Below, one piece after another: positions 13,377 through 26,700 of a stretch of DNA of 64,000 nt (positions are counted from its first letter, which is position 1; each line of letters begins with the position of its first letter). The stretch covers positions 1,070,422-1,134,421 of the forward strand of contig NC_092678.1 in the NCBI RefSeq assembly GCF_964355755.1, given 5' to 3'. The stretch is from Antedon mediterranea (taxonomy: Eukaryota > Animalia > Echinodermata). Made by a program: the position numbers and the translations under genes. The notes beneath the pieces were generated by a model. That model was not told where the DNA came from, made no database searches, and worked only from the letters and a program-made list of their open reading frames with translations.

Positions 13377-16300
13377 TAGTCCGGTGGCAGGAGGGGGGAA
13401 TCACCACCCGAAAGGGGACAAATTGCCATCCAACTTTTCTAGACCAGAATTTTCCGTAGATTACGAATACGGAAGGTAATCGATCAGGATAGGAAGCGTT
13501 TTCGAGATATAAGGGGTCAAAGTTCAAAATTGACCAATTACAACAATTTATTATGTATAATTATGTATTATAACAAATTTATTGAAGCACAATTTGGTCT
13601 TTTATTACATTTTTATGATTATAGGTATCTATTCAATCATCTTATGAAAAAAAAATCCTTTGTGATTAAGGGTCAAATGTCAATATTGACCAATCATACA
13701 ACGTACCTATAAAACCAAATAAAAACTAATATTTAATAAAAATCGGATGTTTTCTCATCCTGTTAATCAATCATACGCAATGTAAAAGAGCGAATACATC
13801 ATTTCATCAGTTGACATAAGGTCAATTTCATCAGTTGACATAAGGTCAAAGGTCAACATTTTAATACGCGTATTAGTTAACAAATAAATGCAAAGTTGTT
13901 ATTGATGGTTTTACAAGTAATCAAATTATTGGATTAGTAAAGTTATGTTATTTCATTATAATACTGTATTTAATCAAATCAGACTTCGATCAGGATAGGA
14001 AGCGAATAGGAAGAGATAAGGGGTCAAAGTTCAAAATTGACCAATTATAACAATGTATTATATACATATGTATTATAACCAATTTATTAAAGTTCAATTT
14101 GGTCTTTTAATACATTTGTATGGTTATATGTATTGTATGGTGTTATTCAGTCGCCTTATAAAACAAATACTTTGCAATTAAAGGTCAAATGTCAATATTG
14201 ACCAATCAACCAATTTGCATTTAAAACCAAATAAAAACTAACATTTAGGACAAAATGTTATGTTTTATCATTCTGTTAAGACATCTATCAATCATACACA
14301 ATCAAAAGAGCACATTTATCATTACACAAGTTGACATGGGTCAAAGGTCAACATTTGAATAAATGATATACTAAATAATGCAAAGTTATTCAAACTATGA
14401 GATCGATGTTCATAAATGTAATCACGTTATTTGATCAGTGAAGTTATGGTATTTTTATATTTTTTCTAGTGCGCATTATTTTAAATGTATTAATATAATA
14501 ATACTGTAAAATAAATAATAAAATTAATATTATGAGATTGAAATGTTATGATGTTAAAATGTTGCGCTGACCTTCAATGATTTGCCACTATACAGTTGCA
14601 TTTATTAGGGCTACGATATTCGTTTTTGGAAAATAAACTACTATTCATCAGAACCAGAGAATAGCATAGCCAAATCCAGGTGGCCAAACTCAATCCACAA
14701 CTCACTACACAGACAGACCACAATTTTTATATAGTTTGGCCCATACAGGAAAGAGTTTCCTGTATACAAAGGATTCTAAAATAACCTATATGGATTTGCC
14801 CGAATGAACCCTCTAAGGACCCTTTTGGGATCTCTATGTGGTGTGCTACATAAGGCCCTGTATTAGAAATTAGTATGGGGTAAATAATTCATAGATGAAC
14901 TATGGAATAAAACTAAATGTGCACCCTCAATCTTTAAATAACATTTATGGATTTGCCCAAATGAACCCAAGGGCCGGTCGTTCTCCATGGATGGACATTA
15001 AGCCCCATAATGGAAATATAAATAAGGGGTGACACTGTGAGTTCATATAGACAGGCGCGGCCCATGAATTAAGCTGCCTGTGCACTCTCGATCCGTAAGA
15101 AAAATTTATGGATTTGCCCAAATTAACCCAAGGGCCGGTCCTCCATGGACATTAAGCCCCATAATGGAAATAAAATGGGTGACACTGTGGGTTTATATAG
15201 ACAGGCAGAACCATGGAATAAAGCTGCCTGTGCACTCTCGATCCTTAAGGAACACTTATGGATTTGCACAAATTAACCCAAGGGCCGATCCTCCATGGAT
15301 GGACATTAAGCCCCATAATGGACATATAATGGGTGACAATGTGGGTTCATAATAGACAGGCGGGGTCCATGGAATAAAGCTGCCTTGCACTCTCGATCCT
15401 TAAGGAACACTTATGGATTTGCCCAAATTAACCCAAGGGCTGGTCATCCATGGACATTAAGCCTCATAATGGAAATATTATAAGTGGTGACAATGTGGGT
15501 TTATATAGACAGGCACATGGAATAAAGCTGCCTGTGCACTCTCAATCCTTAAGGAACTGATTTAGATTTTGCCTAAAATGAAACAACAGCAGGTCATCTA
15601 TTTAGACCCTTCTGTGGTTCTCTATTGTATGTTCAGTTCTACATTTGGCTCCTGTATCGGATCAATGCATTTGGCTACATAAGTTACTGTGTTAGAAATA
15701 TATTGGGTAACTAAAACTGTAGGTTCCAATATTAAGCCATGGGAAAAGCCTGTCTGTGCACCCTCAATCCTTTTAAAAGGAACCCATATGGATTTGCCAA
15801 AATGAACCAAGGGTAACTTCTGAATTCTCTATGAGCCGTACATTCCGTTTATTGGAGATACATGGATACCTGATTGAAATTGCTCAAAAGAAAGACATTG
15901 TACTGTATAGTAATAGTATTATTCCCCTTCCACACCTCTTTGAATTAAATCCGCCCTGATAGGCTCTTATGTACAGGATTTCAAGGCAATAATCACACTT
16001 GTATTTTTCAAACAGTATAATCTATTAGATTGAATAAAAATATCTATTATAAACAATTTGCCGTTAGAAATCTCTATGCCATATCGTTATTTAGATGAGA
16101 AAAACAGGTCAAAGGTTAAAATTACAGAAAAATAGGTGTTTCAGTCACTTTTTGAAAAAAATGTTGCATTATGGCAAGTATAAATATATATATTGTGAAC
16201 AATTTAACACCAAAATTGGCTCCTTACGACAAATATTTATTAATTTATGTTTTTATAACCTTATTCAATTATGTCAAAGGTTAATAACTACACTTCCGGT

Positions 16301-16728
16301 CATTTTCAAGCAATATCATCTGTTATACTGAATATAAATGTATATCTTGGGAACAATTTGCTCCTATTTTTAATTCTCTCCGACGTACCGTTACTTAGAT
16401 ATAGCAAAAAGAGGTCAAAGGTCAAAATTGCTAACAATGGGGTTTCCGGTCAATTTTCCAAAGAAAGTTCTGTTAGAGCTAATATAAACATATACATTGT
16501 GAACAATTTGACACCAAAATTATCTCACTACGTCCAGAATTACCAGAGATATAGCATGTTTTTATATTGGTCAATTTTGAACTTTGACCCTTTATATCTC
16601 GAAAACGCTTCCTATCCTGATCGATTACCTTCCATATTCGTAATCTACGCAAAATTCTGGTCTAGAAAAGTTGGATGGCAATTTGTCCCCTTTCGGGTGG
16701 TGATATCCCCCCTCCTGCCACCGGACTA
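13377..16728. mobile_element. Non-autonomous DNA transposon, Academ-like
   Basis: ~160 bp terminal inverted repeats (TAGTCCGGTGGCAGGAGG..CCTCCTGCCACCGGACTA), 3-bp TSD CAA (13374-13376, 16729-16731); internal ~500 bp direct repeat and ~150 bp tandem array; no transposase ORF. TAG..CTA termini with 3-4 bp TSD fit Academ. Confidence 0.75.
14775..15830. repeat. ~150 bp tandem repeat array inside the Academ-like element
   Basis: Recurring tatggatttgcccaaat(t/g)aacccaagggccggtc..ggacattaagccccataatgg..aagctgcctgtgcactctc, about 6-7 diverged copies. Confidence 0.85.
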
Positions 16729-16901
16729 CAAGGGATGATTATCAAAACCGTAACAATCAATGCTCAACGCCACACACCAGAAAGATACATATTTGCAGTC
16801 TGGTTTTTAAAAGGTACTATGGAAAACCATGCAGCATGTGGAGGAGGATTTAATTACACCTGAATCCCGAAGAAATGGATTCCTATAAGAGTGTGTGCTT
16901 C

Positions 16902-17722
16902 TCAAACACCCATGGAATTACAAAAACTAGTCGTACTCATAGAGTTAAAACCAGATGAGTCCGTCCTCATACTCTCCTTTTCTAGTTTGTCCAATGGCAT
17001 ATACAAATTAGAAAGTTGACTGAACTGCTGTTGTTGGTATTCTTCTTCCGTCTGTTCGACGATATCAAGTTGACAACCACTGCTAACAACTGCCACATTG
17101 TTAGCATTATTTTTCCAAAACCAATTTTTATCGGTTTCAATTAGTTGTTTCATTTTTTCAATGTCATTCAAAAATGTTTGTCCCTCTGCTGTTTCCAGTT
17201 GGTCAATGGGATTAAAATCATGGAACCAACCGTTCTCATCCCTGGCCGTGTCGTGAAGGCGGAAAAACAACCTGGTGAGGTCGTTATTAAGGTGGAAAAC
17301 AACCAGATGTTTCAATGGATCAGGAATACATTTTTTATTTGTATATTCAAAGAGACAAAGCAAACACTTTGCGTGCATCTCTTTATCGCCAGAGAGTATC
17401 TGTAACGCGTGAATGAATATATCGCTGTACGCTGAATGCTGTACCGAAAAAGTATCTCCTTCATGCACGTGATCGTCCCATGCAGTGGAGGCGCCGTACG
17501 ACGAAATAAATAGAATCTTTTTCGCATCTCTCATCTCCTTCGAAATCCAAGACATTAAGGAAATGATGTTTGGCGTTTTCCAATTGTGAATGGTCACGTC
17601 GACTCCGCAGTGCGCTTGCAGAAACGTTGCAAATGACAGCACAACGTTTTTGTGCTGGGGCGCATCTTCAAAATAGAGGATAAGCAGTTTAACCCGTTGC
17701 ATATCTACACTTTCCTCTGCAA
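16902..17722 (-). CDS. Terminal exon of receptor A: SEFIR domain plus SEFEX-like extension
   Basis: VKLLILYFEDAPQHKNVVLSFATFLQAHCGVDVTIHNW matches the SEFIR N-terminal motif; AEGQTFLNDIEKMKQLIETDKNWF resembles IL17RD [23 protein letters not shown] (recalled); C-terminal DSSGFNSMS. Confidence 0.92.
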
Positions 17723-20700
17723 CTTAAATATAAAATAATTTGGTTTATTTTTTTATCTCCATTTAATCTGCTTTCACATGCTACCCTTACATTAAACTAC
17801 AAGTATTTCACTATCAAAGATACTCAAAGCAGGACTTTTTAAAATTTAGTTTAAACCTTCCCAGTAGAATTATATTGAAATTACACATACAGGGTAAGTC
17901 TATGCCAGCAGGTTTTATTTCACGAAGGTGGGGGCAAACATAATTATTGGAAGGGAATTTTCTTACTTTGCGTCGCTAGTGGGAACCAAGCTTTACATGC
18001 GCTACACAAGAACGATCTATTATTAGGTTACATAATGTGTGTGTTGTAATGAAAGTAACATATTACCTGTACTTGAAGCAATCCTTGGCCAGGATTTGTA
18101 TGCATATTTTTTAGATGATGTTGATTGGTTTATTCGTCGATACAGGCAACCAATGACGATAAGAAGCACAATACCAAAAGACACTCCACCTAAGATTGCT
18201 ATCGTGTATTCATGTTTAGGTTCTAAAAGAATAATAAAACAAATGACAGGTGGATTCCACATTCGCCACTAAAAGTATAAAGAAAATAGGATGGATGATT
18301 TCAATAGGCACGGCCTTTGTGGAAGGCAATTAAACTTTAAAGATATTAATAAACATATGAGCAATATATCAACATTGGTTTATTTTTACACAAAATACAG
18401 CCAATTACTAAATTATAAGGTATTGCTTTGAATTTGATACAGCAATGTTAGATAGCTCGATTGGTTTCTCTCAGTTTAGGGATGTGGTTACATTGTGGCT
18501 TGAAAATACTAACCTTGAAACACAGTAACAAAAAATGAACACTCTGCTTTAATTTCATTGACATCCACTGCCGTGTAAGTTACTAGGCTGATGCCTACTT
18601 TGAAGTTACTGCCAGGAAAGTGAGTTGTAGTAACGTTTTCTATCCCAACATTGTCAGTGGCCGTTGGTGCTATCCAGCTCACCACGGTTTGTTGCTTATT
18701 AGCGGGAATCCACTTGGTAATATTTTCTTTACAGTCACGAAATATCGGGGCTATAGTATCTTGGAAAGATAAAATCAGTAAACAACAATTATAAATACTA
18801 AAATACATCTGTGAAAAGCTTGCGGGACTTAATTTTACATGAGGTGTGTAACAAGTACCATGTCACCTCCTCCTTCGCATGACTTTAGGGCTGGTATGTT
18901 GTGACTTGTCTTCAAGAAAATACTAACCTTGAACAACATCAACAAAAAATGAACACTCTGCTTTATTTCCATTGACATCCACTGCGGTATAAGTTACTAG
19001 ACTGATGCCTACTTTGAAGTTACTGCCAGGAAAGTGAGTTGTAGTAACGTTTTCTATCCCAACATTGTCAGTGGCAGTTGGTTCAATCCAGCTCACTATG
19101 GTTTGTTGCTTATTAGCAGGAATCACCTTAGTGATACGTTCTTTACAGCTATCAAATATCGGGGCGACAGTATCTTCAAAATAAAATTAGAGTAAATGAA
19201 AACACAACTTATTTGGAATCTTTAATAAATAAAATTAATAGTGTGATATAAAGATATACTTTTATATTTAAGAAATTGACCTTTGTATCGGAATTCAAAT
19301 AGGTTCACAAAGTTGACCCAGAAAGTCCAAAGGAGAGTTTGTCCAGATGTTTTAATGACCATTTAGTTTATAATAGAGTCCCTAAAGAAAACACTTAGCT
19401 TAATTTTGTGACCTTTCCCATCGTTAAACCAGGAGTGATTGACACTATTTAAGTACAGATTTGACAGTGTCATCCATCACAGAAATACCTTATGATACCG
19501 TTAATCATTCCCACTTAAACACCCCTGGATCAACTTAGGACCAATCGTTACCCTCACAGATGATGTAATGACATTATGCAAATGAACTGAGCCAATATAC
19601 TCCCAAGTTTCAGAAGGGCCCAGACACACCTTACAACCACTTCTCCAGAAGCAGACCTACACACACCACACCTCACCGACAGCATCATTGATCCTCCGCG
19701 TTCCTTATCTATACTTATAGTTGTATATTGTACTGAAGTATTATACTGAATAAATAATATATGTGTTACGACAGTCAAGCGAGTTAGAGTCTTTCATTAG
19801 TACCTCAACAACCCAAACATTATATTACATGGTGGAAGACCCAAATTTCATAAGGAACGGAGTGAGAAAACAAGAAATAAACACTTAACAAGACACGAAG
19901 ACGAAGACGAAGACAAAAATAACCATATTTGTTTGAAAGGAGAGAAATTTACTTTGACTCAAAAGACAAGCTGAAATTATATTTGAATGAGATCGAGACA
20001 AGCAGAAATTTGATCAAATTATTACCATTGGATGAAGACAAAAAAGATAATCGAGGAAGACACAAAAGACAAGCTGAAATTATATTTGAATGAAATCGAG
20101 ACAAGCAGAAATTTTATAAAATTATAACCATTGGATAAAGACAAAGAAGATAATCGAGGAAGACCCAAGAAGAATCAAAACAGAAGCAAGCGGACAAGAA
20201 CTGTTTCGTTTAGAGACTTTCAACTTCACGCCGTTTTTTTTCGATCGTTTTTTTTAACATTTACTTTTTTGAACATTGATGAACACCATTCGCATTTTTT
20301 TTAATTCGTTGTTTGAAAATTTGAACATTGATGAGCACCTTTAACATTTCTTTAATTCGTTGTTTGAACATTTAAACATTTTTGAACACTTTTTGCATTC
20401 ATTTAATTCATTTTTAATTGGATCCGAAGCATTTGGGGTAAGTCAAAGCCATTTTGATTTTGATTTGTAACCTTGATTGAAAAAGTGAGAGTTTACATAT
20501 ATATACACTAAATTGTTTTTGATATTTGATTAATAATTAATATTATAAAGTATGGTCGACGTTGTTGATAACGAAGTAATTTTAAATGAGCCCGTCAATC
20601 CTCACCCCGTGCCCCACCTAAGACAAACCGATTTCCTTCCCAAAAGATATGACGGTTCCATAACCGATCACGACCAATGTAGTGCACACTACTTATCGTT

Positions 20701-23700
20701 TACCGACTACCTTGAGGCCCACACTTTAGAAAACCCTGTAAACAATGCCCAATTAATTAATGTAATAAGTATTTTTAAACGTAGCCTTCAGGGCCAAGCT
20801 AGACTCTGGATTGAGGGAAAGCAGTTCGATTCACTAGAATCCTTAAAAACCCAATTCATCAACAGGTTTAGTAAAAACAAATCAATCTATGCGCACATAA
20901 GAGAATACGATTCAATTACATACACCACTGGCGACAACGCCGAAAAGCACTTAACCAAAATCAAACAAGCCGCAGACAGAATTGGATACGCTGACCAGCA
21001 GATAAAGAATAAATTTATTTCGACCCTTCCACCAAAATGTAGAGCAGCTGTAGCCATGTCCACCCCAATCGATGCCACTATTGAAAATATTGTAAATAGC
21101 ACACAAAATTACCTTGACCTTTCCGTAGATGATGCCACACGGGAAGTTTCATTCAATATCAATAAGGAAACAGATAGGCCTAATAGTCTCGAATCGCTCC
21201 AACATGAGATAAATTCTCTCAAGTTAGACATGGCCACAACAAAACGATCCCTTAATGATGATACTCGACGCTCACGTTCCCCCACCCGAAATTATATCCC
21301 AAGACGAAACCGAAGCCCAAGCCCATACAAACCCCGATTCCAGACCCCACCGACCCCAAGATATAGACAACCTCCCCCAACCTGTTATTACTGCGGGAAA
21401 CCAGGCCACATAGCAAGGCACTGCCGACAACAAAACCGCTCTTACGGAAACTATCCCCCGCCATACCCATACCAACAGTCAAACAATTACTACCCTAGCC
21501 ACCAGCAGGATTTTTAAAAAGGGGACTAGATGCCGCCTATAATCTGGCCCCCCATACTAAATACGACAATTTTAAGGCAAAATACTTAGGAAATTCAGAT
21601 AATATTGATTTGTTACTTAACGACAGAAATTACGTTAAAGGAAATTTACCAGATGGTAGAAATGTTTTAACTTTATTTGACAGTGGTTCAACTAGAACTA
21701 TAATCTCACAATCGTACGTTAATTCCTCACTTTATTTATCGCGTTTAAAGCCAGTTAAAGTGAACACAACTAAATTTAGATTAGGTAACGGTGACTTCTT
21801 ATATGCCAACCACTTAGTGCAATTCGAATTAATTATCCAAGGACACAAATTTAAAATTTCAGCATTAATCGTTAAAAATTTGACAGGTATTGACCTGATA
21901 CTTGGAACCGAAACATTGTCTGAACTCGACGGTACTTTAAATTTTAAGGAAAACACATTTCGCATTAGACCAAAGATTTTTAGCTTTCGTCCAGTACACA
22001 AGATTTTTCTTAAACCCGGTGATACTAAAACAGTTAAATTAAAAGGAAGGGTTCCCGCCTTCGTACGCAATTCTGATGTTGTTCTACATGCAACCACCCA
22101 TATTTCAAAACTTTGTCCATCAGATATGTTAGTAAAATTACATAGAGGAGAAACCAACATTGATATCACTAACAACACAAACAGAAACGTATCTCTAAAT
22201 ACACATCAACCTATCGCGAGCCTTCACTTAACCAACCTTGTAACAGTTACTAACGACCTACCAATTGATAGAATAAAGTTGACCAATGACAACGCAAACA
22301 AGTACCCACATTTAGAACGTACAGACCCATTGCTAACTTTAACCGAGGAAGAAATAATTAGAAAACAAGTTGATTTAACAGACAGCGTTTTAACACATAG
22401 AGAAAAAGAAGATTTGTATAAAACCTTACAACAAAACAGAAACGCATTTTCACTATACGGTGAACTATCTAGCTGCCCAAACTTCAAAGCTGACATACAC
22501 CTCTCTAACGATGAACCATTTTTTATTCGCCCATACTTTGCGACAGACAAAGACAAACATGTTATTGAGGCCGAATTGAACAAATTAGTCAAATTAGGAA
22601 TCTTAGCAGTAGGACACCAATCGTATACTTCCCCTGTCCTTCTTGTTTCAAAGAAAAATTCAAAAGATAAAAGAGTTGTCACAGACTTTCGCTATCTCAA
22701 TTCCAGGATAAAACGTATTAATCACCCATTCCCATTATTGGCCGAAACTTTGAAAACAATAGGTAACGCTAATGCACAGATTCTTAGCGTAATTGATTTG
22801 AAATCAGCGTTCCACTGTGTACCATTAGCCGAACATGCCCAACAATATACAGGTATAGCTTCATATCATGGTGGAAAACATTATTATTATAAGAGATTAG
22901 CACAAGGATTAAACGTTTCACCAGGTATATTTCAAGCAAAGATTGACGAAATTTTAAATGAAATCCCAAATTCTAGAGAATTCTGTATCGCCCATCATGA
23001 TGATATTATTTTATTTAGCCAAGACAAATTTGCTCATAAGCAGCACCTTGTTTCCGTTTTACAAGCCCTACAATTAAATGGTTTTAGAATTTGCCCAAAG
23101 AAATGTAAGTTATTCAAGAATAAAGTGCAATATATGGGACACACCATCCTGATTAATTCTTCAGGACACGCATGTATCACACCATTAGGCGACAGGTGTG
23201 CAGCTATCCGAAATTTGCCAGTCCCACGAACCCATAAAGAAACTAAACGATTTATTGGTGCAGTAAATTATGTATCCCATTTTTTCCCTCAAATACAATC
23301 AATTTTACGTCCGTTACACACACTCGCAAGCAAACGCCGAAAATTTTGTTGGTCTACTGAACACCAGAAAGCATTTGACGAAATTAAACACTTAATGGTT
23401 AAACCACCAACTCTTCAAATGCCTAGAAAAGAAGGTAGATTTACGCTATATAGCGACACTTCAAGAACCGCAACAGGTTCATATTTAACACAAACAGTAA
23501 ACGGTAAAGAACACATAATAGGTTATTATTCCAAAATCTTACCACAAGCCTGTCAACGATATAGCGTAACAGAATTAGAGTTATTTGGACTTTACATTAA
23601 CGTTTCAGCATTTCGACATTTACTAAAGGGTTGCGAATTTGATGCATTCGTAGACCACTCAGCAATTGTACAAATTTGGAATTCAAAAGATCAGCCATGT

Positions 23701-26700
23701 ACACCCCGTTTACAGAAACTAATATTACGATTGTCCGGATACATTTTCCAAATTGGTTATAAGAAAGGAACTGAATTAGTTTTAGCAGATTTCCTCTCCC
23801 GAGCCCCTCGTGATGACGATTCCGAAATTGATCAAGTTGTACCCATTGCATTTAATATTACAGAGACTGCATCTCTTAACCCGATTACAAACACATCTAC
23901 TAGCAGACCAGTAACAAGGTCATACGCCAAGCAAATGGGAATAAATATACCTGACCTACATAAACCCAAACCCAAACAAACGCCTGTCATTAATCAAAAC
24001 CCAGTGACAACAAACACGCGACCTACACCTCAACCTTCCACTACACCACAGATAATCACGAGACAACAAACAAACGCACATCGATCACCGCCTATCATAA
24101 CGCCACCTATCGTAACGCCACCCCCAATACGTAATGTAAACATTCGACAACCTCCAGAGGAACGACTAGTAGACAAAAATAAACAAAGCAAAGACACTAC
24201 ACATCGAAACGTACCAGTTGAATTGTATACATCGCCCAAACCACTAGTACCAAACATAACTGAATTTAAGTCAGCACACATCCCAAAACAACAAGACTTA
24301 GATAGATTAATGGATGTTATTCAAAGAAAGATAATTAGAGATTATAACCTCCCAGTAGATGTTAAACAATTACGCGTTGAACAAGAAACTTCACCATTTT
24401 TTAAGCCAGTTTACGATTATTTAGTTCATGATATCCTTCCAGCTGATAAGAAAGCAGCTCGTGCAGTTCAGAATAAGTCAGAGCAGTACATATTGTGCAA
24501 CGGTTTACTATTCCGTTTATTTTTCCAAGATAAAGGTGGAGAATTTGTATTGCAATTAGCTGTTCCTGAAAACTTAGCAGAGACTGTTATTTCTCAGTAT
24601 CACGACAATTTGTTAAGTAGCCACCAAGGTACGATGCGTACTTACCTTACCATTAGGAAATTATTTTACATGCCCCTTATGTTCGAGAAAGTCAACAATT
24701 ATACCCAAGCGTGTCTTAGATGTCAACAATTTCGTCCCAAAACCGATAAATTACGTCCTTTACACGATCGAGTACCAGCAACTTACCGTCCCTTTCATAC
24801 ACTCAGTCTAGATTTTAAGAGTATGCCAACATCACCTTCAGGTTTTAAACATATTATGGTAGTATGTGATGAGATAACTAGATTTTTGATTTGTGTACCT
24901 TTGAAATCCATTGATGCCGAAACAATTTGTGAAGCACTAATTCAAAAGGTCATCAGTATTTTTGGACCCCCATCTCGTCTTATTTCAGATGCAGCAACCT
25001 TCCTTACAGGAAAATTATTAACACTATTATGTAACACCCTTAATATTGATAGGAAAATCATCAGCGTCCACAATCACGGTAGTTTACAAGTTGAACGTCA
25101 TATCCGCACCGTATCGGACCTGTTAAAAGTGAACCTTAACCAATTCGGAACAGATTGGGTTAGATTTGTATCAACAACATGTTATGCCTATAACTCGTTT
25201 TCATCCCCACATCTAGGAAACCACTCCCCTTACGAATTAGTTTTTGGCCGCCAACCTCCAAGTTTGACCTCATTAGCATTTAACCCTATTTCAGGATTGT
25301 CTCATTCCTATGAAGAATACTTTGAACATCTCAAGAAGAAATTTCAAAACATTTCACAGACAATGCTACAATTACAGCGAACACAACAAAACGTCCAAAA
25401 CTCAAAAATTTCCCAACGCTTAGAAAAATGTCCAATTTACTCAGTAGGACAACTCGTATATTTATACAAGCCAACATCATCATCACTAACGGCAAATTCA
25501 AAGAAAATCGCCGCAGAATGGGTCGGACCATTAGTGATCCATGAAGTACTAGACAGAACACACTACATCCTAGCGACGATTAAAGGAGAAATACTTCGCG
25601 ACGTATTCAATTATAACAGACTGAAACCCTGTTTTATGAGAACACCCAAAGAACGCAAAAATTTTACACATCTCCAAAAACTTAAACAATTGTTGAATGA
25701 ACCCACCGATGATAATAACGATAAAATCCAAAACACCATTAATGTAGTAAATGACGAAACCAATGTTGAATTTGTAGACGAACATGATAGGACACCCACC
25801 CAATTGCAATCAGATACCCTTACACATCCAACTAAAGTAGAACCCCTTAACTTTCAACCTTACATTGACTGTGTAGAGAATAACATGGGATTAGCAGCCC
25901 CATTCCAAATGAAAGAAGAACAAATCAAGGAACAAACTAATCTAATTATGACAGCACCTAATGATTCAATTATGACATTAAACCGAGGTAGATTTAAAGC
26001 AGGACATTTCCAAGTTTTAGTTTCGTATTCTAAACCGACTTCAGCCAAACGCAACACTGATGAAACAAAACACGAATCTAATGATCGCCAATTTTGGTGG
26101 AATATTGACAGATATAACGATACAGATAAATTAATTAAAGAGATCATTAATGATAAACAGATACCGATAAGTGGATCGCCAAAACGATTCATAAAACGTT
26201 TGTATAATGCAACGAATTACTGATTTAAATTTTTTTTGCAAGATTATTTTTAAATTACGACATTTGCTAAATTAATGATAGCATAGTCTACGTATTTGAT
26301 GAGATTTGTTTAGTAATGATGTGATTTCAGTTAAAAGAGAATTGAAATTATGATTAAGTATTGATTTTGTAACGAGTTTGATAATGATTAATTTTGAATT
26401 TTGATGATCGATATATTGAGATATTGAAAAGAACGACAATCATTTTGTAACAAATATTTTGTTTAACCTTTGAGTCGTTAATCTCAAGCATTAATTAATT
26501 GATATACAATAACAGGAGATTTTCTTAGTACTTTTAATTGTAATTTTTTTAACATTGAGTACAAAAGTCGAATTTGCCGATTGATTGAAATCGTAATTAC
26601 CTGTGAATATAAATGCTTAAATCGATAAAGTTGTGACGATAACGATATATTGTGGATAAGTTGTGTCAACGGGACACACACATTTGTTTCTTTAAAGTTT

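Noticed and set aside
13377-16728. Polinton/Maverick
   Set aside because: Only 3.35 kb, no polB or integrase, 3-bp rather than 6-bp TSD.
19554-19778. Identical 74 aa antisense ORFs at 19554 and 27438
   Set aside because: They are the two LTR copies; no evidence of coding.
21732-26192. Antisense ORFs within pol
   Set aside because: Shadow frames of a long coding sequence.
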